Part shown: in pieces, positions 23,174 to 32,758 of the stretch
Layout: every line of letters begins with the position of its first letter
Numbering within the stretch: the first letter of the stretch is position 1
NCBI RefSeq assembly: GCF_006345805.1
Contig: NW_021833500.1
Location: 1-34,416 of the forward strand
Length of the DNA: 34,416 bases
Reading direction: 5' to 3'
Source of the DNA: Octopus sinensis
Taxonomy: Eukaryota
The notes under the pieces: generated by a model
Told to the model about the DNA's origin: nothing
What the model saw: the letters and a program-made list of their open reading frames with translations, nothing else
Database searches by the model: none
Position numbers and translations under genes: made by a program

Positions 23174-23350
23174 TCATCATCATCATCTCATCATCATCAT
23201 CATCGTTTAATGTCATATATATATAAAGAAATATATATATATATATATAAAGAATAATATATATATATATATATATATAATATATAAAGAAAAAATTATA
23301 TATATATATATATTATATATATATATATAAGAAATATATACATACATATA
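22933..23350. repeat. (TA)n minisatellite punctuated by AAAGAAA, containing an RTE tail stub
   Basis: TAAAGAA recurs about 8-9 times; (CAT)n CGTTTAATGTC at about 23172-23214. Confidence 0.9.
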
Positions 23351-23838
23351 TATATATACAAATATGTAGGTGTATATGCTTGTATACGTGGGTGTATGTG
23401 TGTGTGTGTGTTAACATCTATGTTCATATCAATACTTAACATATGTATTGTATATAAAAGTGTGTGGTTTGTGTAGGTGGCTTTGGGCACATGTAAACGT
23501 GTGTTCGTAAGCATGCGAGTAGGTCTGCATGGTGCCATTGTGTTTGCGTCTACGTCCATACACTAAAATGCATTAGGATAGATAAACTGAAGAACAACAG
23601 CAATGACGTTGAAAGCATTGCATATATCTGAAACCAAACAAACCCACTATACAGCAAACTTTCACCGTACTCGCTGAAAACAAGACTAGATTGTGAAGGA
23701 CATTTTGCAATATACCTGATAAATTTTAATTACTTTTTCTTCCAACATTCATACATTATACATCTGTTGGTGATGAGAATATCTGCAGGTGTCTGCTTCT
23801 CTTGCATTATGTACACATACATAGAGTAGTGTATGTAA

Positions 23839-23885
<47 letters not shown>

Positions 23886-24273
23886 CACACACATATATAT
23901 ATATATATATATAAGGCAAAGATCATCTTGTTCCTTGTTTGTATTATGTATGTGCTGTGAAATCACATATGAATATATTTGTGTCTTTGTAAATTAATAA
24001 ATATATAGCGACTTGTTAATAATGTATGTTTCAGTGTATGTACTTGTAACTGCATGTGTGAAAATATATTCTAAAACATTATATATATATATAGATATAT
24101 ATATATAATATGATAAGATTAAAATATTACATATATATGTATAAACACAAATAAGCATCTATGTAATCATATGTTTATATGAACATCATACATACATATA
24201 TATATATTTATGTATGTATATATATTTATGTATGTATATATATTTATGTATGTATATATATGTATGTATATAT

Positions 24274-24327
24274 AAGAATATGCAGCCTTCGAAACATATG
24301 TCGAAAATAAAGGAATTTTGTTAATTC
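24274..24327 (+). repeat. Third, truncated copy of the hairpin-2 arm (3' half of the hammerhead)
   Basis: AAGAATATGCAGCCTTCGAAACATATGTCGAAAATAAAGGAATTTTGTTAATTC; carries the left-arm allele AAGAAT. Confidence 0.93.
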
Positions 24328-24354
24328 ATAATTTGTAACTGAATTATTGGAAGT

Positions 24355-24397
24355 CCACCTGAAGATTGTCGATCAAGACAAGAAACGATTGTAGTGG
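24355..24397 (+). ncRNA. Compact type I hammerhead ribozyme motif
   Basis: CCAC CTGAAGA TTGTC gatcaa GACAA GAAA C gatt G TA GTGG: 4-bp stem I, intact CUGANGA and GAAA, perfect 5-bp stem II, minimal stem III; predicted cut after A24393. Activity untested. Confidence 0.72.
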
Positions 24398-24688
24398 CGG
24401 TTTTTTTGACTATTTATTAAATTTTATGTATTGATTAAGTCTTTCCTTGTTTGTTTTGCAAAATAGTGGTTTTGTCTCAAATAATATTTTATATATATAT
24501 ATATATATAAATATTTGAGTAGTTGAATGAATTATCTTGTTATGGATAATTCGGTTAACCAATACCTGGGTAGCAAATTCACATCAGAGAAGACACGTTT
24601 GAAGTTACGTGCTTTCGTGTGGAAATTTGTATTTTTTTTTTAAATATAAATATATGAAAGAATGGAGTTGAACGACGAATTAACAAAA

Positions 24689-24787
24689 TTCCTTTATTTT
24701 CGACATATGTTTCGAAGGCTGCATATTCTTAATTGCGAAGGAATAAGGGGTATATTATGCTGCTTTCTCATCAGGAAAAGCAAGGAA
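24689..24787 (-). ncRNA. Type I hammerhead ribozyme motif (left arm)
   Basis: Minus strand TTCCTTGCTTTTC CTGATGA GAAAGC...GCCTTC GAAA CATATG TC GAAAATAAAGGAA. Confidence 0.78.
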
Positions 24788-24860
24788 CTTATGTCAACAC
24801 TATGGGCTCCGTGTGAGCAGTCATCTAAAAGTTTTTTGTGCATCTTGATGTTGACATAAG

Positions 24861-24959
24861 TTCCTTGCTTTTCCTGATGAGAAAGCGGCATAATATACTC
24901 CTTATTCCTTCACAATTAGGAATATGCAGCCTTCGAAACATATGTCGAAAATAAAGGAA
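24861..24959 (+). ncRNA. Type I hammerhead ribozyme motif (right arm)
   Basis: Stem I TTCCTT-GC-TTTTC with GAAAA-TA-AAGGAA; CTGATGA 24874-24880; long stem II closed by G-C; GAAA 24935-24938; palindrome ACATATGT; GUC, predicted cut after C24946. Confidence 0.8.
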
Positions 24960-24994
24960 TTTTGTTAATTCGTCGTTCAACTCCATTCTTTCAT

Positions 24995-25032
<38 letters not shown>

Positions 25033-25237
25033 AGGTAATGTTGTCAGTAAGACCCAAAGGTGTCAAGTAATGCTGAGTAAGTGCTATGGACAGACCATAA
25101 TTAAGCTCCAGGTTCAGTGATTATGCAAATAAGGACTCCAACGTAGGTCATATATCAGCGTGTGTATGTACAAAAAATTTTTTTCAAAAGGAAATAAAAA
25201 AACCAAGGCTGTGAAGGTTTTAGAACTTTTATAAATA

Positions 25238-25286
25238 GGTCTTACAGCTGTTTCTAGGATATTTATTATATCCATTCATCGGAGAC
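25238..25286 (-). ncRNA. Hammerhead motif with core substitution (CCGATGA)
   Basis: Minus strand GTCT CCGATGA AT GGATAT AATAA ATATCC TA GAAA CAGCTG TA AGAC; palindrome ACAGCTGT. Confidence 0.55.
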
Positions 25287-25664
25287 GGTGTGAGAAAATG
25301 GTTAAACAATAGTTAATTTAGATAAGATATGAAATAGAGAGTGAAGTGGAGGAATGAAAATAGATGTGAGATATACAGTGATATAGTATTTGTAGATCCA
25401 TTATTTAGGCAGAATGGTATACATATAAGATTCCAATATCTTGTGAGCAAAATCCAGTTGTCCCCCAAATTATCCAAAATTGGTCATTCAAAATTGGATA
25501 CTACTGGATTTTACTCACAAGGTATTGGAATCTTATATGTATACCATTCTGCGTAAATAATGGATCTACAAATGCAATATCTCTGCATATCTCACATCTA
25601 TTTTCATTCCTCCACTTCATTCTCTATTTCGTATCGTATCTAAATTAACTATTGCTTAACCATT

Positions 25665-25712
25665 TTCTCTGATGAAGGGATATAATAAGTATCCTGGAAA
25701 CAACTGTAAGAC
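25665..25712 (+). ncRNA. Hammerhead motif with intact core but shortened stem I
   Basis: TTCT CTGATGA A GGGATAT AATAA GTATCCT G GAAA CAACTG TA AGAC. Confidence 0.58.
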
Positions 25713-25780
25713 CTATTTATAAATGTTCTAAAATCTTCACAGCCTTGAGTTTTTTTATCGCATTATATATATATATATAA

Positions 25781-26001
25781 GGTCGTGAGCTGGTAGAAAC
25801 GTTAGCATGCCGGGCGAAATTCGTAGCCGTATTTCGTCTGTCGTTGCGTTCCGAGTTCAAATTCCGCCGAGGTCGACTTTGCCTTTCATCCTTTCGGGGT
25901 CGATAAATTAAGTACCGGTTGCGCACTGGGGTCGATGTAATCGACTTAATCCCTTTGTCTGTCCCCTCTGTGTTTAACCCCTTGTGGGTAGTAAAGAAAT
26001 A
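25781..26001 (+). mobile_element. Young full-length Deu/Nin-like tRNA SINE
   Basis: Close match to 16267-16503; B box GAGTTCAAATTCC; central GCCTTTCATCCTTTCGGGGTCGATAAATTAAGTACC (resembles the Deu/Nin domain from memory). Confidence 0.92.
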
Positions 26002-26224
26002 TATATATATATACATATATAGATACATATTTACATATGTGTGTGTGTGTGTGTGTATATCGATAATACATATATATGTTGCTGGATTTCACCTGCATGG
26101 ACACTCTACATTACACTTCTCTGTATTGGATCACTTTGTGGACTGTTAGCCAAGTCTGTGAAACTTTAAACAGTATCAAATTGTGGGGCCCAGGTTTGGG
26201 AGTTTCAGGATTTTGAGGAATGTA

Positions 26225-26325
26225 GGGCCACCTCTTAAACACTATTGTTCCAGGTCTGCTCTGACCCAGAATAGTAGCACCTCACAGGAACTCAGGTATG
26301 GGTAATTAGCATGTTATAGAAGAAA
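26225..26325. mobile_element. Possible degenerate short repeat
   Basis: CACTATTGTTCCAGGTCTGCTCTGACCCAGAATAGTAGCACC resembles a recalled octopus repeat; unverified. Confidence 0.3.
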
Positions 26326-26329
26326 CTCC

Positions 26330-27385
26330 AAGCACAAATCTTCAATGTTTTGTGAAGTACCTTGGAAAGGAAAAAAGGCTAAAGAAGTTAATCATGGCAG
26401 CAAATTATGGAGGGAAATCTCTTAGGTGATTCAGTACCATCTTTGACACTCTTCCAACAACTCCAGGGTTATTTACCTAGAAGAAGGATACTCCAATGTA
26501 AAAACTCACAGCTTGCTGGTCACCACAGCTGTCTTAGCCTGATGAACCACTGTGGTCAGTCCTCCAAGTCTAAAGAGTGGAAGCAGAACAACTGAAAATC
26601 CATTAGTGTCTAATGGTCAATAGACTGAGCATAAATGGAGGGCTTCAGAGTTACTGTACAAGAGCAGAATTTTGCATCCAGATTTTATCACCAACAAGAG
26701 CACAGATGCACAATACAGGATCTATGGAAAGTACAAGAAAGCTATCAACCATATTGGTTGTGAATACCAAGAACTGGCAAAGCCTAAGTATACATACAGG
26801 TACAACAAGGCACCAGTGCACAAGAAATGTAAAATATGCAAGTGTTACAAGTCTGACACAACTGAGAAGTGGTATGGTAATCAGTCAAGCGTAGTCATTA
26901 ACAATAATGATGTCATAATGCTCTGGTACTTGCTCATCCAAATTAATCAAGTTATCAATACTAAAATGCCTGACATCATTATCTAAGATTAAAAGGAACT
27001 AGATCTCAGATTAAAAGGAACTAGATACCAACTAAAAGAAACACCTTTGTGAAAGTGAAAGTGAAAGCTAGGCTGACAATTAGATATCTGGAGACTGAAA
27101 TTAATGGAATGTGAAGTAAGAAGTTTGAAAATAATATCAGAGCTTATCAGAACACAAGGAGACATGAAGAAGAAACAGCAAGGTTCACCAATTCTATCCC
27201 AGGCAGCATCAGCATTTCTACATTCAAGAAGGATAACTTTACGAAAACAGCCTGCATACTCTGGGGAGTGACATCAATCAAAGTGAGACTTTCCTTAAAG
27301 TTCCTCAGATCCCATAATTCGTGGTTGGGTCTACATGATGTAAAACAGGGAGATCAACACAAACAACAACAACAGCAGCAGCAAT
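26330..27385 (+). mobile_element. Decayed 3' portion of an R4/Dong-like (RLE) non-LTR retrotransposon
   Basis: EGFRVTVQEQNFASR; ORF 26672-26986 YRIYGKYKKAINHIGCEYQELAK...EKWYGNQ...VIMLW...PDIII (eroded CCHC knuckle and PD endonuclease motif); C-terminal KTACILWGVTSIK; (AAC)n tail. Confidence 0.85.
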
Positions 27386-27479
27386 AAATATTAAAAGAAG
27401 AGCTGGAAGTAAAGTAGCAAACGTGAATGAATGGTCAGACTACGATAATAATTTAAAGAATAAATATAGGTATGCACAC

Positions 27480-28010
27480 ACTCATATATTTTACATATAT
27501 ATATATAGAGATATAGACACACACATATATATACACACTCATATATATATATATATATATATATGTATACATATATATGTGTGTGTCTATATATACATAT
27601 ACATACATATCTTATATATACATATATATATACATACCTATATATACATATATATATATATACATACATATATATATACATAATATATACATACATATAT
27701 ACATACATAATATATACATATATATAACTATATATATATAATATATACATATATACATATACATATATACATATTATACATACATATATATATATATACA
27801 TATATTACATATATATTATATATAATACATATATATATATACATTATATTATATATATATATACATATATAATATATATATACACATATATATATATACA
27901 TATATATATACATATATATATACATATATACATATATATACATTATATATACATATATATACATATTATATACATATAACCATATATATACACATATATA
28001 TATATTATAT

Positions 28011-28058
<48 letters not shown>

Positions 28059-28080
28059 TATGTATATATACACACATATA
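27480..28080. repeat. About 600-nt imperfect (TA)n/(TACA)n tract
   Basis: Directly visible. Confidence 0.96.
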
Positions 28081-28597
28081 CAGCCTTGTATATTATGCAA
28101 TAACAACAAAATTTAGTACAATATGAAACAACAAAATAGCTAGGAGAATGTGAGATGGTTGGAGTGATAAACCTAATTATCTTATTCCTTAATGGGCATC
28201 TAGAAATATGTTCTACAGACTGATAAACTTGCAAACACAGTAAAATCAATGGGTTGGGGGAAGTTAGGAACAACCAAAAGCATAAGGAAAACAAACGCAC
28301 AAAAAAATAAGGCCCAAAAAATATTTGCAAAAAAAAAAAAGAAAGAAAAAAATGGAGAAAGAGGAATCCAGCAGCAACAAATAGAGTTCAGTTGGGAAAT
28401 ATAAAAATATTTTGTGTATTTTTGTATATATTTAAAAAAATTTTTTTCTGTTTTGTTGTTTTCCCCCCGCCCCCGTCACCCACACCTTGATATATTAAAA
28501 AAATTTGGTATAAAAAATAACACGGAATGTCTATTTTTAACATGCCTTCACTATTTCTTTTACTGTTTTTATATTGTTTAGTTTTTTTCTTCTTCTT

Positions 28598-28690
28598 GAT
28601 GATGATGATAATGATGATGTTGATGATGATGGTGATCATCATCATTGCCGCCACCACTGCCATCATCATCATCATCATCATCACTGTTGT
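28598..28690. repeat. (GAT)n followed by (CAT)n microsatellite
   Basis: Directly visible; the two halves are mutually complementary. Confidence 0.9.
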
Positions 28691-28844
28691 TATCAGGATA
28701 ATTTTGAAATAAATAGGAACCGTAAGACATATTTCCTACTTCACACTCATGCACAGTATTTATCTCTAATCCAATAATCTACTTTATTGAAAGAGCATAC
28801 ATATATACATACATGCATACACACACATATATGCACACTCACAA

Positions 28845-28885
<41 letters not shown>

Positions 28886-29408
28886 CACACATTTTTGTGT
28901 ACATGTCTGTGTCTGTGCATGTGTGTAATATATGAATAATAGTTATGATATTTATGCATAAACATTCCTACTCACCTTCACACACATACGTATATCAACA
29001 CACATGTATTTATAACTGTATATTTAAGTGTTTTTGCGAGGATGCCTAGTTGTGTATGTTCATATTGTTGTATGTACATCAAAGGTTAACTGAGTTAGAG
29101 GTTAAAATAACCAACTAAGGGATAGAAGTATCCTATACTACCGGTATATTACTTATGGTTAACCATGGGCATACAAATGCAAGAATATTATGCTCATAAA
29201 TTATAGGTAAAGACAAGGATAAACGTGGATTTATCAAGAACCAAAATTTAAAGAAGGCACAAAATGAAAAAATATCAATAAAAAATAATTGACTTGTAAG
29301 TCAATTGTTGTTCATCGATATTTCTCTATTTTCTGCTTTCTTCATATTTGTATGTATTTATGTATGCGTAAGTATGCATATTCAGATAAGTTAATATCTA
29401 TTCCCAAA

Positions 29409-29747
29409 GGCGCGTGGCTCAGTGGTTAGAGCGTCGAGCTTACGATTGTGAGGTTGTGAGCTCGAATCCCGGACCAGGCTGCGTGTTGTGTTCTTGAGCA
29501 AGACACTTTATTTCACGTTGCTCCAGTTCACTCAGTTCTAGAAATGAGTTGCGACATCACAGGTGCCAAGCTGTATCGGCCCCTTTGCCTTTCCCTTGGA
29601 CAACATCGGTGACATGGAGAGGGGAGGCCGGTATGCATGGGCGACTGCTGGTCTTCCATAAAACAACCTTGCCCAGACTTGTGCCCCAGAGGGTAACTCT
29701 CTAGGTGCAAACCCATGGTCAGTGTCTGACCGAAGGGGGTTACCACC
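29409..29747 (+). mobile_element. Full-length tRNA-derived SINE (separate family) with imperfect TSD
   Basis: TGGCTCAGTGG (A box), GCTCGAATCCC (B box), GTGTTCTTGAGCAAGACACTTTA; ATTCCCAAAG (29400-29409) versus ATTTCCAAAG (29748-29757). Confidence 0.88.
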
Positions 29748-29777
29748 ATTTCCAAAGAAAAAATTCAGAAGTAGTTT

Positions 29778-29879
29778 TCAAAGAGCACTTCTGTAAAAGC
29801 CATACTCTCTCTCCCATTTTTCTACGCCAATCCACAAACTTCCAGCAATCAGCCACTTGTCATCACCTTTGCTGTTCTT
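29778..29879 (-). CDS. Candidate terminal coding exon, product unknown
   Basis: Acceptor TTTCTCTCATTGTCTGTAG, then KNSKGDDKWLIAGSLWIGVEKWEREYGFYRSAL*. No homolog recognised. Confidence 0.27.
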   Translation of the reverse strand, partial: KNSKGDDKWLIAGSLWIGVEKWEREYGFYRSAL

Positions 29880-30036
29880 CTACAGACAATGAGAGAAATA
29901 ATAACTGAGGAGGTAGATGCAACATTTCTAGTGGATAACTTCCGAATGATAAACCAACATTGAATTACCCTTTTTACTACACTAAACACCCATACATATA
30001 TATGCATGTATGCACACACACACAATTACATACTTA

Positions 30037-30439
30037 CTCTCTTTTACTTGTTTCAGTCATTTGACTGCGGCCATGCTGGAGCACCGCCTTTAATCGAGCA
30101 ACTCGACCCCGGGACTTATTCTTTTGTAAGCCCAGTATTTATTCTATCGGTCTCTTTTGCTGAACCGCTAAGTGACGGGAACATAAACACACCAGCATTG
30201 ATTGTCAAGCAATGCTAGGGGACAAACACAGACACACAAACACACACACGCATATATATATATATATACATATATACGACGGGCTTCTTTCAGTTTCCGT
30301 CTACCAAATCCACTCACGAGGCTTTGGTCGACCCGAGGCTATAGTAGAAGACTCTTACCCAAGGTTCCATGCAGTGGGACTGAACCCGGAACCATGTGGT
30401 TGGTAGACAAGCTACTTACCACACAGCCACTCCTGCGCC
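30037..30439 (-). mobile_element. Full-length CORE-like tRNA SINE
   Basis: Reverse complement of 17651-18030; head GGCGCAGGAGTGGCTGTGTGG at 30439. Confidence 0.92.
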
Positions 30440-30689
30440 TATATATATATTTATACATACAAATATGTAGACATGGTGTCCTCTCAGATACGAAATGTTG
30501 TCACACACATACGTGTGTGTGTGTATGTGTGTTTGTATACATAAAATACACAGATACGTATACATATTTTACTGTTTGCTTTTATGTCAAGTTACTTACA
30601 AAATATATTTTAACATTAAATTGAGGGATCACTTTATACTGTTTAGTAGAATACCTATTTATTAAAATTTATAAAAATTTTCAAAAGAA

Positions 30690-31900
30690 AAGGTTGGCAG
30701 TGACTCCAATGGTATTGCTTCCTCACCTGGATTAAACTCATTTTCTTAATTTTTTTTTTGACTTTATGTAATCTTTAGCAATTTGTCGGGTGGGTGATTG
30801 GGTGAAACTACGTGAATAATCATTAGGTATTGTGTAGCTAGACTTGGGAAGTAATCATATATGAAGGGAGACAGTTGAGGCTGGAGGTGTCTGTTGATTC
30901 TACTTTGATAGAAATTTATGTTAAAGAGATTTATTTTGGTTTGATATAGGAATTTTGTTTTGTAATACCTAGAAATAATGGTGTTGAAAAACGTGTGAAA
31001 TTCAGGTCACAGCATTCTTTGTGTACAATGATGGTTTTTGTTGGATTCCAGGGTTCATAAAAGATTAATCAGTTGGTTAGACAGCATTGGCCGAATTGGT
31101 GTTGATCTAATTACATTTCTGTTAAACCAATTTAAAATGGGTTCTTTGAGAAGGTTAGGATTAAAGACTCAACAGTATTATAGATATCTATTAGAGTTTT
31201 CTAATCTGCTTTTTTCTTGGTCATTTGCATTTATATTATACTAGCAGCATAGCCCGGCGTTGCCCAGGTATGTAAGAGACCCTAGTAGACAACGACTAAT
31301 CCCAATCTAGTCCTTTCCCTCTAGGGAACGAAGGCGCATGTGTAGATTGCAATGTCTTCTCTTCCCTCGAATACTTCTGTGTATACAATGTTCCTAGCTG
31401 TCCCTTTGGGTGAAAACATGAAAACATCATTGCACCTCCCAACGCGTGAACAGCCCACGTACAGCCCAGAAAATGTGTTGCATATAAAAAGCTTAGATTC
31501 TCGACCCCATGTCGAATTTATCGATTTTTTCAGAACTGGGGAGAACTTTTCAAAATTTTCGCTGCGTTAGTTTTGAATTGTGACATTGGGCTATGTTTGT
31601 GTCAAGTTTCATCAGAATCGGTTGAAAGCCGTGGTCAGGGTGAGGGTACAACCTGACAGACACACAGACACACAGACAGACAAACTGCTGTTTATATAGA
31701 GAGAGATTATTGTAGTGAGATGCATACATGTCACTGTATGACATTAATTAAACATCCAGGTGAATGCAGAGTCACATGGTTTAATACCAGCACAAGACAT
31801 TTTGATGTTTTTTGTACAAATTCGGCGGTTGAGGTTATGGTGATTCTTTTTTCTTTTTTAACATTTGGGGAAAAAATCACATATACATATTATGTATTGA
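30690..31900 (-). mobile_element. Possible very old Penelope RT-to-linker remnant interrupted by the Helitron
   Basis: Weak minus-strand peptides (LVLNH, VFNPNLLKEPILNWFN, KDYIKVKKK...WSHCQ) in plausible order, but heavily broken. Confidence 0.22.
31241..31706 (-). mobile_element. Non-autonomous Helitron
   Basis: Minus strand A|TCTCTCTCTATATAAAC at 31706 and CTAG|T at 31241; subterminal GC-rich hairpin CCCGGCGTTGCCCAGG; inserted in an AT dinucleotide without TSD. Confidence 0.88.
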
Positions 31901-32758
31901 TATATCAGAGCAATAATTGTTGAAATTCTATACATTAGCGGTGCACCAGCATGGCCGCGGCCTTCGGGCTAAAACATTTTTAAGGATTATTATTTTGGAT
32001 ATTAAAACAGAATATGATTCTGCTGACTATTTGTGTATAAAGAAAATGAGAAATATGAAAATTAATCTTTGGACATTAAAAATATTCTCTCTCTCTCTCT
32101 CTTTTTCTTTCTTTCTTTCTATATACATACATGTATGCATGTATAAACTGTTTGAAGTGGTATACAGCTTTTATATATTAAGAAAAAGGAGGTAGTCAGA
32201 ATTTTGAATAATTATTTATTTAACTCATTTGTCTCATTTCAAAGCTTCATCAGGAGTAATATTTTTGCAGCAAAGTTTTGCCTTTTGTATATATGCATGT
32301 TAGTTGAAAAAATCTGGAGTTGAATTGGGAAGAGAATGTTCTATGTTATGTGGAATCTGTGTGTATGAGGGTGTGGGGGTGTATAATGAATTTTTGGAGA
32401 CTTGGCTAAAGAGACAAAGAAACAATAAGGTAAAAAGAAAAAAGAAAGAAAATACAAAGAAAGGGAGAAAGGAGTTTTTCTCTGGGTTGGTTGAAATTGT
32501 ATTGTATACTATGGTCAGTTGACATCAACTTGAAATTGATGACAATTCAAGATGTCAATTTTCTTTTGGTCTTTTTTTTTTGTTGTTTTTTGTTGTCAGA
32601 AGTCATGTTATCCAGCTGTAGAAAATAGGCTCAAAATTGTTTGGGAAGGTTATTAAATGTGTTTGTGTTGTGTGTTGGTTGTTTCAGTGAATTTCAGTAA
32701 TGAGAACATTTTAATCAGGATTTCTCATGTGTGCATAAATGTTTTTTTTTTCTCTTTT

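Larger units (their letters stand above)
24648..25000. repeat. Long inverted repeat 2 (152-bp arms, 49-nt loop)
   Basis: Arms 24648-24799 and 24849-25000 differ at 4 of 152 positions, all transitions (manual alignment). Confidence 0.97.
25194..25758. repeat. Long inverted repeat 3 (arms about 25194-25458 and 25503-25758)
   Basis: Arms are colinear reverse complements at roughly 90% identity by eye, with one about 10-nt indel; the loop contains TATCCAA/TTGGATA. Confidence 0.95.

Noticed and set aside
24580-24625. Minus-strand GAAA-hairpin-CTGATGT, resembling a type II hammerhead
   Set aside because: The core is CTGATGT, there is no A-U pair before the cleavage site, and only about 4 nt are available for stem I.
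26539-26560. CTGATGA followed by a small hairpin
   Set aside because: No GAAA or stem III follows; it lies within the R4-like remnant.
29288-29307. Palindrome AATTGACTT-GT-AAGTCAATT
   Set aside because: An isolated 9-bp stem in AT-rich DNA is within chance expectation.
29409-29480. tRNA-like heads here and at 7010-7078, 16273-16360, 17651-17712 and 25781-25870
   Set aside because: No complete cloverleaf; they are followed by SINE bodies, so they are SINE heads and not tRNA genes.
32599-32647. Strong acceptor followed by KSCYPAVENRLKIVWE
   Set aside because: It contains ATCCAGCTGTAGAAA, shared with the RTE-tail repeat; weak donor; probably repeat-derived.
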